From: Marsupella aquatica
Lineage: Eukaryota > Plantae > Marchantiophyta
Direction of reading: 5' to 3'
DNA length: 64,000 bases
Assembly: GCA_973895155.1 (NCBI GenBank)
Contig: OZ316892.1
Location: 8,415,251-8,479,250 of the forward strand
In this document: in pieces, positions 13,401 through 25,462 of the stretch
Layout of the letters: each line of letters starts with the position of its first letter
How positions within the stretch are numbered: the stretch's first letter is position 1
Program-made: the position numbers and the translations under genes
The notes under the pieces: model-generated
Told to the model about the DNA's origin: nothing
Database searches by the model: none
The model's input: the letters and a program-made list of their open reading frames with translations, nothing else

Positions 13401-14576
13401 ATGTAGACCCTACCTCTCTCTAGCGTTGTTGATGAAATTTACCGCTTCTACTCTCATGGCCCCGACACCCTTATTCCCCACGTTTATTTCATCAGCTGCA
13501 GCCCCTAAAAGCCCTACACTAGTAGTCTTCTCGACTCCTTTGCTCTCCTTTAACAAGGCGTATCCCGGCAAACCAACAGCACTGTCTCCGCTACTTGGTT
13601 TCCGTCGTCCTCCTCCTATTCGGCCACCACTCGCAACAACACTCGTCGTCGTTCTCCGACCCTCCCTCCGCTCCATCCGCTGCTCCTGCTGAGGCTTGTC
13701 GACCTCGACCTCGCTCCTTGTTGCGCCCGTCCAGCCCACCAACATTTCAATTTCCCAATCCTCCTCGCTCTCCACGAGGCCCTAGCCCTCCCTCGCATCG
13801 TCGTCCTCCTCGCTTCATCCCTTTCATCCAGTTCCTACCAAAGTTCCTAATCCTCTCCACCCTTTCCCAACATCATTGTCATTACTTCCTAGGTCCTCCT
13901 CACTCGCCTCCTCCACCTCGTACCTTTCGATGACGAAGACGGCCTCACCGTCTCCCCCTCCTCATTGCAATCCCTCCTTCCAGGTCGTCGCGCAGTCTGC
14001 TCTCCGTCCCTCTCTCCTCCTCCTCGTCTTCCTCCTCGTCCTCCTCCTCCTCTGCGCCTCGTCGTCTGCCGCTCTTCCTCCCTCACCTAAACTGGATCTG
14101 CTTCTCCTCCACACCGTCCTGACATGCCATCACCATCCCGCCCGAACTCCCAGCAGAGGAAGAACCGATGCAAAAGATGCACAAAAAAACACAAGCAGCA
14201 GCAGCAGCAGCGGCAGCACTGGCAGTGGCGGTACTAGTAGCACCAGTAGCACTAGTCGTACGCGACGACATAGGAAGTGTCATCCATCATTCGCGCGATC
14301 GATCGAGACGACTCACCACTCCCACTGTAGGCCTTCCTTCCATCCTGCTTCCGCGTCCTCCTCTTCTCCGGCGTCGTGACTCCGTCAAGCGAGGCTTTTG
14401 TCCCAACAGCGGACCAGACAGACGACTACTGTACATTCAATGAATGGTGGTACGAGACGCATCAATGTGTAGCCAAGCCACCTGACCTGCGCATCGCTGA
14501 GCCTCGCTGAGCAGAGCAGCCGAGCAGATGATAAGCAGAGCTCTCCAGTACACTACTACTCATGCAGAAGAAGAGC

Positions 14577-14737
14577 ACGAGAGAGAGAGAGAGAGAGAGC
14601 GAGAGAGGAGGGCGGAGGGAGGGAGGCGAGAAAAAGGAATCGGTCGACGAAGGGAAAGAGGGAGCAGAGAGGGGGGGAAGGACGGGAGGAAGGTGCGCAG
14701 CTGCTCTCCAGTAGTCCCGTAGTAGTAGTAGTAGTAG
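14577..14737. repeat. (GA)n and (GTA)n microsatellites in the probable PRAF TSS/leader region
   Basis: Visible simple repeats; CT-rich (Y-patch-like) on the minus strand. A (GCA)n run also lies at about 14194-14212. Confidence 0.7.
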
Positions 14738-14834
14738 TGCAGTACGAAAGAAAAGCTTGAATTCTTGCTGACTGGAAGACTGATATGAGTGGAGTGTGGC
14801 TGAGTGCGTGACTGACTTTGTACACACAATTATA

Positions 14835-15610
14835 CTGAGTATAGTTGGCTCTACTTTATACTCAGTATAGTTGGCTGTTGAGTTATTTGCTGCATGGACC
14901 TCCAAACCAAATTTTTCTCCTTGACCAACCCTTTTTCAGGTATTGGGGACGTTGATTTAAGGTTTAACAACGGTCTGGATCGATTGGGGTCTATCAAGGA
15001 ACATCTTTCATATTGGGTGTCCATCAGAAATATGCGTTGTTGGCTTTTATAGACGTGGATTTTCGGGTGTAAGAAAACTTTCTGTTCATTTCTGACTGAG
15101 TGAGAGAACGTTGTGAGACTATACAACTTGAAGGAATACAGTTGGCTCTTCTAGACGTGGATTTCTTGGTGTAAGAAAAATTGTTCCTGATTTTCGTTGT
15201 TTTCATTTTTGACTGCCCGAGGGAACTTTGGAAGCACAAGGGGCATACAACTTCACAGGGGGTATAGTTGGCTCTTATAGACGTGTATTTTTGGGGGTGA
15301 GAAAATTTGTCCTTGCTTTTCATTTATTTATTTATTGCACTTTTGACTGACTTACAAGGGACGAGATACAATAAGGAGTATAGTTGGCTCTTATGGACAT
15401 GTGTTTAGGGTGTGAGAAATTTGTCCTCACTTTTCATTTAATTTATTTAATTATTGACTTCGTGACTGGCTTTGTACGTACAAGGAATAAAATACAAAGA
15501 ACAACTTTATATATAGTATATATAGTTGGCTACTATAGCAGTGAATTTTTGGGTGAAAAGAAAGTGTCCTTAGTTTTCATTTAGTTTCATTTAATTTTTG
15601 ACTGCCCCAG
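14835..15610. repeat. Degenerate tandem array (about 100-140 bp unit) upstream of PRAF
   Basis: Recurring tatagttggctct...gacgtg.atttt.gg.gt.agaaaa...ttttcattt...gactg, with anchors near 14866, 15036, 15137, 15263, 15378 and 15521. Confidence 0.8.
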
Positions 15611-16282
15611 GGTCCCTAATGAGTCTTTTGTTTCTTTCAATATATGTCTAACAATGAATAACACCTTGATATTGGGTCCTATAGCCATGGCTTTTTGAGT
15701 CTAAGAATAATTGTCCATGATTTTGTTCAATTTTTGACTGACCAACTTGTTGAGCAAAGATTTGACTCGCAACAGCATGCACATGACAATCCAACAAACA
15801 AGTAGTTGACGCAGGAATATATGCGGTTCACCTCCAATGAAGCTACATCCACAGGAATACACAAAAGTTTTACTGCACTCTAGGCACATGGGCCATTGAT
15901 AGTGAGTCTCCGCAGCACAAGCTCTCTCCATCTCTCAAGTGTCTCCAATTGTGGGATCCTATTACATGATAGGTATATAAACTAACTGGTCTTCGATGCC
16001 CAAAGACTTAGTGCATGTTCCAAAAGAAAAACAACAACAACAACAACATATATAGAGGTGATGTGGACCATTAGCTCATGTCACTTTTGAGTTAGATGTG
16101 TGCTATTATCTCCTCCCACTATAATGGCAATAGTAGATCTTTTCCCCCATTCTTGGTTTCCCTCCTTCTTAATTTTTGGGATTTACGTTTGAATCTTATT
16201 TAGTGCTTGCCGGCTTTGGATCATTTTTCTTTTCCTTCATTGTACTCTGTTTGACCCTTTCTCTTAATTATGATCACTCATG

Positions 16283-16630
16283 TATTCAGGTATAAAAACA
16301 ATGGCTCTGACTGCAGGGATGCAATGTCTTTTCTAGTGGAAAAATCCAGTCAAGCTGTTTCCCTTTGAATCATCTTTGCAAGAGAACCACACGACAAACA
16401 AACTTGATGTGGAGCCTACTACAATGTGTCGTCTCTTATAAATGTATGAATATCTATATATATAAAGCGTATTCAGATATAAAAACAATGGCTCTGCCGG
16501 GATGCAATGTCTTTTTTAGTGGAAAAATCCAGTCAAGCTGTTTCCTATTGAATTATCTTTGCGAGAGAACCACACAACAAACAAACTTGATATGCAGCCT
16601 ACTACAATGCGTCGTTTCTTATAAATGTAT
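16283..16630. repeat. About 187-bp tandem duplication, with more decayed copies to about 17010
   Basis: tattcag.tataaaaacaatggctctg...gtcgt.tcttataaatgtatg occurs at 16283 and 16470. Confidence 0.85.
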
Positions 16631-17698
16631 GCATTTCTTGTATGAGAACAACTGACTCTCCTTGTAGGGGCAAATGTTGTATTTTAGTGGCAAACACTAG
16701 TTTAGCAAAAACCATATCCTTAAAAACACAACTACCTGACACCCAAAGCTCTCATTATATAATGAGCACCGTTCACTTTCACTAAGAATGGACTTGGGGT
16801 CCATGCTTCAAGGTGCGTCCACTGTTCACCAGGGAAAAGAATGAACAGTAGCCAGCACTGAATGGGGCCCTTTTATATGGGCAGATGTGGTTTAAAACAA
16901 AAACAACCTGATAAAGACTATTGGTGGCATTTCAACACGAGGATTTTCCAGTATAAGAACAATTGTCCTTGTAAGTTGGAAACTTGTTTTAGGTGGAAAA
17001 ATCTAGTCAAATCTCTATCTCCACAAAATCTTTATCTAAACTTGGCAGGAGAAATTGTAGCAAGATAGCAATCCACCCACCTTTCAAATTTGGTCTTACT
17101 AAGTTTTCTTGAGATTTTTTAACCTTTTAATGTCCTTCGTTGTTGGGGTGCATCCCTGCTATTTTCTGGAGTTTACTATATTGATTATCTTCTGTACCCA
17201 CTTAGCCTTCAAGCGCCTTCAATGGAATGATTATGTTTTGGAGAGAATCATGAATCATCTCATTAACCAGTTTTTCATCTATATATAATAATTATTTTAT
17301 TATATGTAGTGTATATCTCAATGGTGTAAAGTGCTGACTTGCGTGCATGAGGTCTAAGGTACAACTTTTGGCAGATCACCGTCTGTACCAGTTTGGACAG
17401 CTTGGTGACTTCCTTGCGCATTATTTGGGAGAGTGTATGGGAAGGTGTCACTCACACCAGAACATGGAATCCGGCTCCTCCTCCACTCCTTCCTAATGGG
17501 TCCATATAGTGAGTTTTTGGTGAGAAGAATGGCTTTCACAGTTTGAGACAAGTCAGTTTGTTCTGACGTCAAGGTTGTCTGGAAAGGGGCCTTCAATATG
17601 TGAGATTTGGATCTGCCATAATTGCATTGGACCCAAATACTTTATAAAACTCTCAAATGACGTGATTGTGAGTTTCTCGTGAATGTTTTGGACCCCAG

Positions 17699-17846
17699 TG
17701 GAAAAGTAGTATATGATTGGTTTAGACTTCAGCCCTGAGTAGAAGGGAAAAGCAGTAGAGAATTGGTTTAGACTTCAGCCCTGCGTAGAAGGGAAAAGCA
17801 GTACATAATTGGTTTAGACTTCAGCCCTGCGTAGAAGGGAAAAGCA
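17699..17846. repeat. 46-bp tandem repeat, 3 copies
   Basis: attggtttagacttcagccctg.gtagaagggaaaagca at 17716, 17762 and 17808. Confidence 0.9.
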
Positions 17847-19924
17847 CACATTAGATGACCCTTGACGACAACTGGTTTAGGTTCCTCCCCAATTCTTTCT
17901 TTTACCATAACTTGTTGTTTTTTTGCAAACAACTTCATCGTGTTATCTCAAATTTGTGGCAAATCACAGCAGAAAACTAAACCATAGCACTGGTATATTA
18001 TAACACCATGATGAAATGACTCTAGTAAGTTGCATAATAAGACAATGCTGCCTGAATGCCGCTCTTAAAACAAGACACTCTGACTCTCTAGGAAGAACCA
18101 AATCTCTTACAAAGAGTCCAAAATCTGTTTCTAGAGAACCACTCTTCCAACAAGTAGCAAATGGATTAACCTAGTTATCCTTAAGTTTTGACTTTCCCTT
18201 ACAGATCTGACCTGCTTAGAATTATTAAAGAAAATGTTGTTGCCATTAAAAATTACTCTCATGGGCAGAAGTAATAGTCCATCAAAGAGCTCTTTTTTTT
18301 GTCACTTAACATTAATACATCTAATTAAGAATATATTTTGTTCAATTTAGGTATAAGTTATTTTTAGTTCATATCATACGATTGAGATATAATAGCTGTC
18401 CTTTTAATTTGCTACAGAAGAAAATACTGAAGCAAGTTCCAGGATGAACATGCTATAATATGTATAGCCAGAGTGCTTGTTCTCTAGAGGCAAGGACATT
18501 TGAGCCCCTGACCATCAGAGACTCAACCTCACCCTGCCTACACATTTTCCACTCCACCTTAAACTTCTATGCCCCTAGAGTCCCAATCTAGAGACTTCAC
18601 TCAAAAATGTAGGCCCTGAACAGCAGTTTTTGATTGCAAGTATACAGTTAAAGAGTATTGTAACTGTGCAAACCTAAAAAGAAACTCTTGCACTTTGTCT
18701 TTCTATGTTCTGTATAGCACCATGCACACGAGAACAACTAGCAACCAGAAAAGAGGCTTCTGAATGAAGATGTTATTATTACGCTTGAATTTCTACTTAT
18801 GTTTAGTGCAAATTCTTGACACTGTTGCTCTTTTGTGTGTCGTTTTAGAAAGGACGTGCAAAACCATCAATGCTTGTCAGAAGTGGAAATTCCTTTTTGT
18901 AAATTGTAACTTGAGACTTAAGCGAGACACTATTGGTTCAAGATAGTTTTCTAAATTTGCATTCTTGGACTAGAATGATTCCAAGTGTTTATTTTAAGCC
19001 GTAGTGATACCTTTCCACAATAGCACATAGAGATTGGAAACTCTTGAGGGGACAAATTACTGTGATTATGCTAGCCATATATGCATGGTTTCCTTCCAAT
19101 ACTTAGGGCACCCGACTCCAACCAGGGGGTGGGGGAGGTTGCTAGCCAACTATGTTCAACAAAATGATATGTTGAGCTGATTAACCACATCATGGCACAG
19201 AAGTGTCTGGGGTGTTGAACTCCCTGAATATTCCAAGGCCTCCATTGCAGGCACCATGAAGCTAACGAAGGCACTTACTGGAGTTTCTCTAATCAGGTAG
19301 CGGCTGCAGTTGATTTGAAAATTAAACACATGAATGGTAGTAACCTATGTTCACGTATGTCCAATCCAAGGAACCACAAGACTAGAACTTACTTTCTTCT
19401 ACTGTTTTCCGGTAACAACATAATACATTTACGTTATTTGAATTTAACCTGTACACCATAAGGGTTGAAATGGGCGTGCCACAATGTTAGCATCTTGCAT
19501 TGGTCATTAAAACAAGCTAAATTGAGGAAGGGCACATGTGCCAAAAGATTGCTCACTATCGTTAAAGCATGTAAAGGTTCCACGGAGCAACTATGAGACA
19601 AGTTCTTGCAGGTTGACCGATCGAGGCATGGACTCTATATTCTTGTCATTTGATGGAGTAAAGATTTGCATTGGATAACGTAGCACAGGCTACACCTTTG
19701 CACAATATGAATTATTTATTCCCTATGATGCTTTGGCAATGTCTGCATATGAAAACAAGTCTCGACAATGTTCCCCAAAACAAACCACCAATGAACAAAA
19801 ATACTAGATCTCTACCAGACACTGGGCCCCACTTCTGTACCACAGCTTTATACCATCACTCTGACCCAAATACAGGAGGACAAAACAGCACATTTCCTAC
19901 ACTTTTTAGCTTATTATGGGGTTA

Positions 19925-21680
19925 CTAGCCCAATACCCGTGCGTCGCACGAAATATGTGAAGGTGATAAAAGATGACGAGGAGAGAAAAGATGTCGAGAA
20001 GCGAAAAGATGTCGAGAAGAGAAAAGATGTCAAGAAGAGACAAGATATCGAGGGGATAAAAGATGTCGAGGAGCGGAAACATATCGAGGTGAGAAAAGAT
20101 ATCGAGGTGAGAAAAAGATGTTGAGGTGATAAAAGAAGTTGAGGTGAGAAAAAATGTCAAGGAGAGAAAAGATGTTGAGGTGTGAAAAGATGTGAAGGTG
20201 AGCAAAAGATGTTGAGGTGATAAAAGAAGTCAAGGACAGAAAAAGATGTCAACGAGAGAAAAGATGTCGAGGTGAGAAACATATGTCTAGGAGAGAAAAG
20301 ATGTTGAGGAGAGAAATAGATGTTGAGATGAGAAAGAAAATTAGGAGAGAAAATATGTCAAGGTCAACAGAAGATGTCAAGGAGAGCAAAAGATGTTGAG
20401 GAGAGAAACTTGTGCGAAGGAGAGAAAAAATGTTGAGCAAAAAAAGATGTAAAGTAGAGCAATATATTTCGAGTGAGAAAATAATGGCAGGATAGCATGT
20501 TATAAAGTTAGATGGGAAGAACCTCACCATCACTCATCACACACTAAATGTCAGGGCAACTCATAATGTTGTAGCACGATGCTTGTGCATTGTACAAAAG
20601 ATTTTGAGGTGAGGAAATGATGGTGAGGTGAGGAAAAGAAGTTGAGGTGAGAAAAATGTATCAAGGAGGGAAAAGATGGCAAGATGAGGAAAAATTAAGC
20701 AGAGAATAGATGTTGAGGGTGAGGAAAAGATGTCATGGTGAGATAACGACTTCAAGATGAGAAAAAGATAATGTGATGAGAAAAAGATAAGATGTTGAGG
20801 TGAAAAGATGTAAAGTCAAGTGATTAAAGATTTCGAGGAGAGAAAAACATGTTGAAAAGAGAAAAGTCGTCAAGGGTGGGAAGAAAATGTCGTGGTGAGG
20901 TAAAGATGTCAATGTGAAAAAATATGTCAAGGCAAGAAAAGATTTCAAGGTGAGGCAAAAACATATAAGCTTTGCAATGTAGTTGTTGAGATATTTTATG
21001 TGTGATCCCGACTATACATATGTGGTCAGTAGCCGTGTTCAATACCCGCATGTTGCACTTAAGATGTCGTGTAAAAGATGTCATTGCATAAGAGATGTCC
21101 ATGTCAAAACGATGTTGTTGCAAAAGTAACAGAGGAGAGCGTGAGATAGATGATGGCAACCGAGGCACACGCATTTGCACAACGCTAGGTGGAAGGTGAC
21201 ATCCCCACTCCTCCTCATGGACTCCTTATCGCCTTTCTCTTGGGCTGCAGATGGCAACACCCTCCCCCCCCCAGTCCCCTCCCTCTCCCCCACCCTTCCA
21301 CGACCCAATAAAAAGCAAGGGTGTCCCTTTTCTTGTCCTTTCTCCCTCTTATTGCTTACTTATTTTCTTTATTTCATCTCCATTTGTTCCACTTTGTCTC
21401 ATCCCCTCCACCTACTACTTATGGGATGGTAAGACATTATTCAACCCCTCACCCATGGGTGCATCATTAATTTCCCTTCCCTACTTTGAACTCTATGGCT
21501 TCTAGTGCTTGTCCCCTCATAACATATGGTCTCCCAACCTCATCCCAATGACAACACATGGCACTCACATAGAGTGTATGCCATATCTCCTCCTAAAAAA
21601 TCTTTGTGGTATACCAAAACATTTTGTCTTGTCTCCTTTGGATTAGGGAGATTGTTTTTTGAATAATGAAAGTCCAAGAT
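19925..21680 (-). mobile_element. Non-autonomous Helitron filled with an about 18-bp minisatellite
   Basis: The minus-strand 3' end reads CGTGCGACGCACG-GGTATTGGG-CTAG|T (hairpin 19950-19938, CTAG 19928-19925), a canonical Helitron terminus. The interior 19960-20950 is a gagagaaaagatgtcgag array. The 5' end (A|TC near 21679) is tentative. Confidence 0.75.
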
Positions 21681-21749
21681 AAAAGAAAGTATAAATCCAA
21701 TGGTCATTGTATGTTCCCTCCAAAAGTGAGTTTGTGAACGGACGATACA

Positions 21750-22092
21750 CCATTTTTGGCGGGATTCCTTATTATAGTCGTAGATTATTTACTTATTGAG
21801 GTGCTTGGTCTAAACAATAATTGAGATTCTGGACTAGTGTTCCTTGAAGACAAGTATTGTTGCCTATTAGGTCCTGCATTCAACACCATTTTTGGTGGGA
21901 TTCCTTATTATAGTCGTAGATTGTTTACTTCTTGAGGTGCTTGGTCCAAACCATACAACATTTTTGGAGGGATTCCTTATTATAGTCGTAGATTGTTTAC
22001 TTACTAGGGTGCTTGGTCTAAATAGTAATTGAGATTCTAGACTAGTGTTCCTTGAAGACATGTATTGTTGCCTATTGGGTCTTGCATTCAAC
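21750..22092. repeat. Local tandem duplications (ggattccttattatagtcgtagatt x3; ctagtgttccttgaagaca x2)
   Basis: Directly visible near-identical copies. Confidence 0.85.
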
Positions 22093-23089
22093 ATTACCCA
22101 TTGTTGCCCACGCCCATCCGCACACAAAATGTGAAGAAATGATTAATGAGGTTCAAAGTTTAATTTTTGTCAGTCGACCAGTTTTTGCACAAAAACCCAA
22201 CATCAAAGTGAGGCTCACCAAAAACCATTTGGACTCGACACTTAGAGAAACAATGGAGGTAATTCTTATCACCTAAATGGAAATAGGCAGGCAGGAAACA
22301 AGTAAGGTTGGAGACCCAAGGGGAGCTCATGTGTGTGTTTCTCATGAACAATCCGCCTAACTAAATTGAGATATGCACACTCTCCACTAGAGCTTCAGCT
22401 AGGACATGATCCCCGTCCCAAACATTTTTCTTGGATAGGATCAGTGGACTCATGCAATTTTCCGGGCAGCCAGGTTGGTTGTTTAGACATCATAACCTTG
22501 TAACCACATTATAACCTTGTAAGTGACAACCACATCTTTGGTGTTACAATTTATAGTCAGGTAGCCTCTCTCAAGTGCTCTGGTAAGCATCTGTCACACC
22601 ATTATGAGTGCTATTAGAGTATTGTGTTCTGTGAGTTTAAAGCTTTCACATGTGTGCTATTTTAGCCCTTTAGGGTTTTTTATGTTTGGAGGTCCCTTGT
22701 GGTGGCTTGGAGGCCTCATCTTTCAATGTTGAGCTTTCAAGCATGAGCTTAGGCGGCTATGGTGTGGCCGACCAGGTTATGCACACATGAATGTGGATTC
22801 CTTGAGTGAAAGGTGCGTTGGGATTGACATACTTGTGTGATTGGATTGGGCATGATCAATTGTGTGTTGTTGTTGGCTGTGATTGCTGTTTGATTTTTGT
22901 GAAGATTATTGTGGGTTTGGACATGTGTGGACATGAGTTCCACTTGTATCTCATTCTCTTATGTTTGTTTGTGCCAAATTTTGGATACTTTGTGAGCAAG
23001 TTGATCAACAACTTTGGATCAATTTCAGAAAGGTCTACAATGCCATCAGTATCAATCCTAGCTTCAACCTCCAGTCCAATATTCACGTT

Positions 23090-23672
23090 ACAACTTTTAA
23101 CTACTTTGGCGCTAAAGATGCTCCAATTGACAATTCTAGGACTGTGTTCATTGTACTTGTAAATATGCCACTACTTTGGCGTAAAAGGTGCTCCAATTGA
23201 CAATTCTGTTCATTGTACTTGTAAATATGCCACTACTTTGGCGCTAAAGATGCTCCAATTGACAATTCTGTTCATTGTACTTGTAAATATGCCACTGTTT
23301 TTTTAATGTGGATGAAATGTTCATCAACATAACCAAGGTAACCATTTACAAAAACTGTGGCATGTTTGTAAATAAAATGAAATAGCAGCTTTTGATTACT
23401 TTGCCACTAAAGATGTTCTAATTCATAACAATGCCACTATTTTTTTTGCATTTATAAAAATGCCACTGTTTTGTATACGGATAACAAGTTTACAAGGTAA
23501 CTAGGGGAACTATATATGGAAACCGTGGCATTTTTGTAAATACAAAAAAAACAGTGACAGTATTGTAAATTCAAACATCTTTAGTGGCAATGTAGTTAAA
23601 AGCTTAATAAAATAGTGAAATAGTGACAGTATTGTCAATTGAAGGATCTTTAGTGGCAACGTGGTTGAAAGT
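23090..23672. repeat. Foldback/MITE-like region: about 62-bp direct repeats plus inverted copies
   Basis: ctactttggcgctaaagatgctccaattgacaattctg x3 (23100-23300). Inverted counterparts (tattgtcaattgaaggatctttagtggcaacgtggttgaaag; atctttagtggcaatgtagttaaaagc) at 23560-23672, with an inner inverted repeat at about 23388-23603. Confidence 0.65.
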
Positions 23673-25149
23673 TAGTTCACTTATGTACTTCCACACGATC
23701 AATTTGCACAAATAGTGGTGTGACCTTTTTGTTCCATTGAGTCACAACTCAGACTCGACACTGAAATTGAGGTTTCCATGCCCTATGCAAATCTAATACA
23801 AAAACAATGATGAAAAGTGTACAGTGTGAACTGCGGAAGTGTCTGTATTAGTGTCCCCACCCACTATTTCCAAGTCTTGACACTTTGGGTAAAGTGCGAG
23901 GTGAATGATACTTTCAAAAATGTGCTTGGGGGCTTACTTTCAGTAACTCAACCGTACTCTTAAACCACTTCCAGGATTTTTTCTTTGCATTGATTTGCTG
24001 TATACTTTACACAACAGAATCATGGAGGGATGTGTTATGAAATGAGGAATTGTTCATATAGGCCAGGCCGATGGATGCGCTATGAGGAGTCCTGGTAAGC
24101 CAAAAAGGTAAAGCTGTAGCTATCATGAAATAACTTTTTCAAAATGTCCTTAGTTGATTAAGTCCCTCTTGATGGTGTGCTACTGTAATCAATCAAACTC
24201 TACAAGTGTTAGCTGGCTTGCACCCTCATGCAATTCTAAGCCAGAACACCCAACATGACTTGATGTTAATTAGTTCATGGACCCCATCTGTTTTGATTTC
24301 CTCTTTTCACTTCATCAAGAGCCTTCCTCCGTTTCGAAATGTTGATGTGTTATAAGTGAGTCGAGAGGGCTTGTGTCGAGGCTGGCAAGGTGGACAGGAG
24401 AGAAGTAGGGTTGAAGAACGGATTTCAGGTGGGCTCAACGAAGCATAAAGCAGTTCGAAGATAAGTTGCTAGGATACCCTCTGTGTGATCCGGAGGACAA
24501 GCGAGTGCAGGATATATAATTAATTATTACTTAATTAATGGGGAATTGAACCAGAGGGTGGGCAGTCGGTTATAAAGGATTAAAAAAACGATTACGAGTC
24601 TATGTCTACTTCAATATTTTATTATCTAGAGTAAATAAAATGGTTACTTTCAAAACAATTTTACATGAAATTTTACGGCATGGCGTCCTTGATGTTACTA
24701 AAATCATGCCATAAACATGAATATTGAAGCAAATTTTGTTTTGTAAACCAATATGTACCTGTTTGCAGCTCATCTCGATGACATGGCGCGCTGTGGTGCC
24801 AGGAAGTTTGGAAGGGACCTCTAGTGGGGTCCGTAATCAATCATCAATTAAAATCAGTGAGTCTTAGCTGGCCTATACCCTAAGGTGATTCCTAAGTCAG
24901 AACACCCGATGTGACTGGATGTTATCCTACTCAATCAATCAAGCTCTATGAGTTTTAGTTGGGCTTTCTTGCCTGCCTATCTGTTTGCGAGAGAGAGAAA
25001 CAAAATCTTACTACACTCTGCTAATGCTGCTGCTGGTGAGGCATTGGGGAATGGAGAAAAAAATTCAAAAAAATTCATGGGGGGTGAGAATGGGGATTAA
25101 TTAATTATATTTGGTTTTCTAAATTGTCCCTCTTCTTTGTTGACATACA

Positions 25150-25462
25150 TACTTTGCCACCCTTTTTCCATTTTTTGTTAAGCAAGTAACTCTAGTTAAC
25201 TTGAACTGATCTGATGGTCAGTATCTGGCTAAGTTTCAGTGCTCATCCATGTTCACTAACCTAACCACAACGCACTTTTCAACCCTTGCAATTAGGTTGG
25301 GTCTCTTCCTTCGCTCCACCCCCTCCTGGATGGCTGCCTCCCCCATACCCCGTGGTTGAGGGTCAGCCATTCAATGATGGTAACTGATAAAATGTTGATG
25401 ATTGAATGATTCCAAATTAGCTAGAGTTACTTTCCTTAATTAGAGGTGGAAAAAGTGATACT
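25150..25462. mobile_element. Degenerate MITE-like element; a related copy lies at about 62950-63090
   Basis: Inverted repeat ttaagcaagtaactctagttaac / attagctagagttactttccttaa. The left arm (actttgccacccttttcca...ttaagcaa) matches the reverse complement of 63030-63065. No TSD seen. Confidence 0.45.

Noticed and set aside
13876-14905. Several ORFs of 60-170 aa in the PRAF leader
   Set aside because: Low-complexity microsatellite translations with no family similarity.
17699-17846. CRISPR-like repeats with short variable linkers
   Set aside because: The period is 46 bp with only about 7 variable nt; no unique spacers, no cas genes, eukaryotic context.
19906-20948. ORFs with KDVE/LLDIFS repeats
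   Set aside because: They are translations of the 18-bp minisatellite inside the Helitron.
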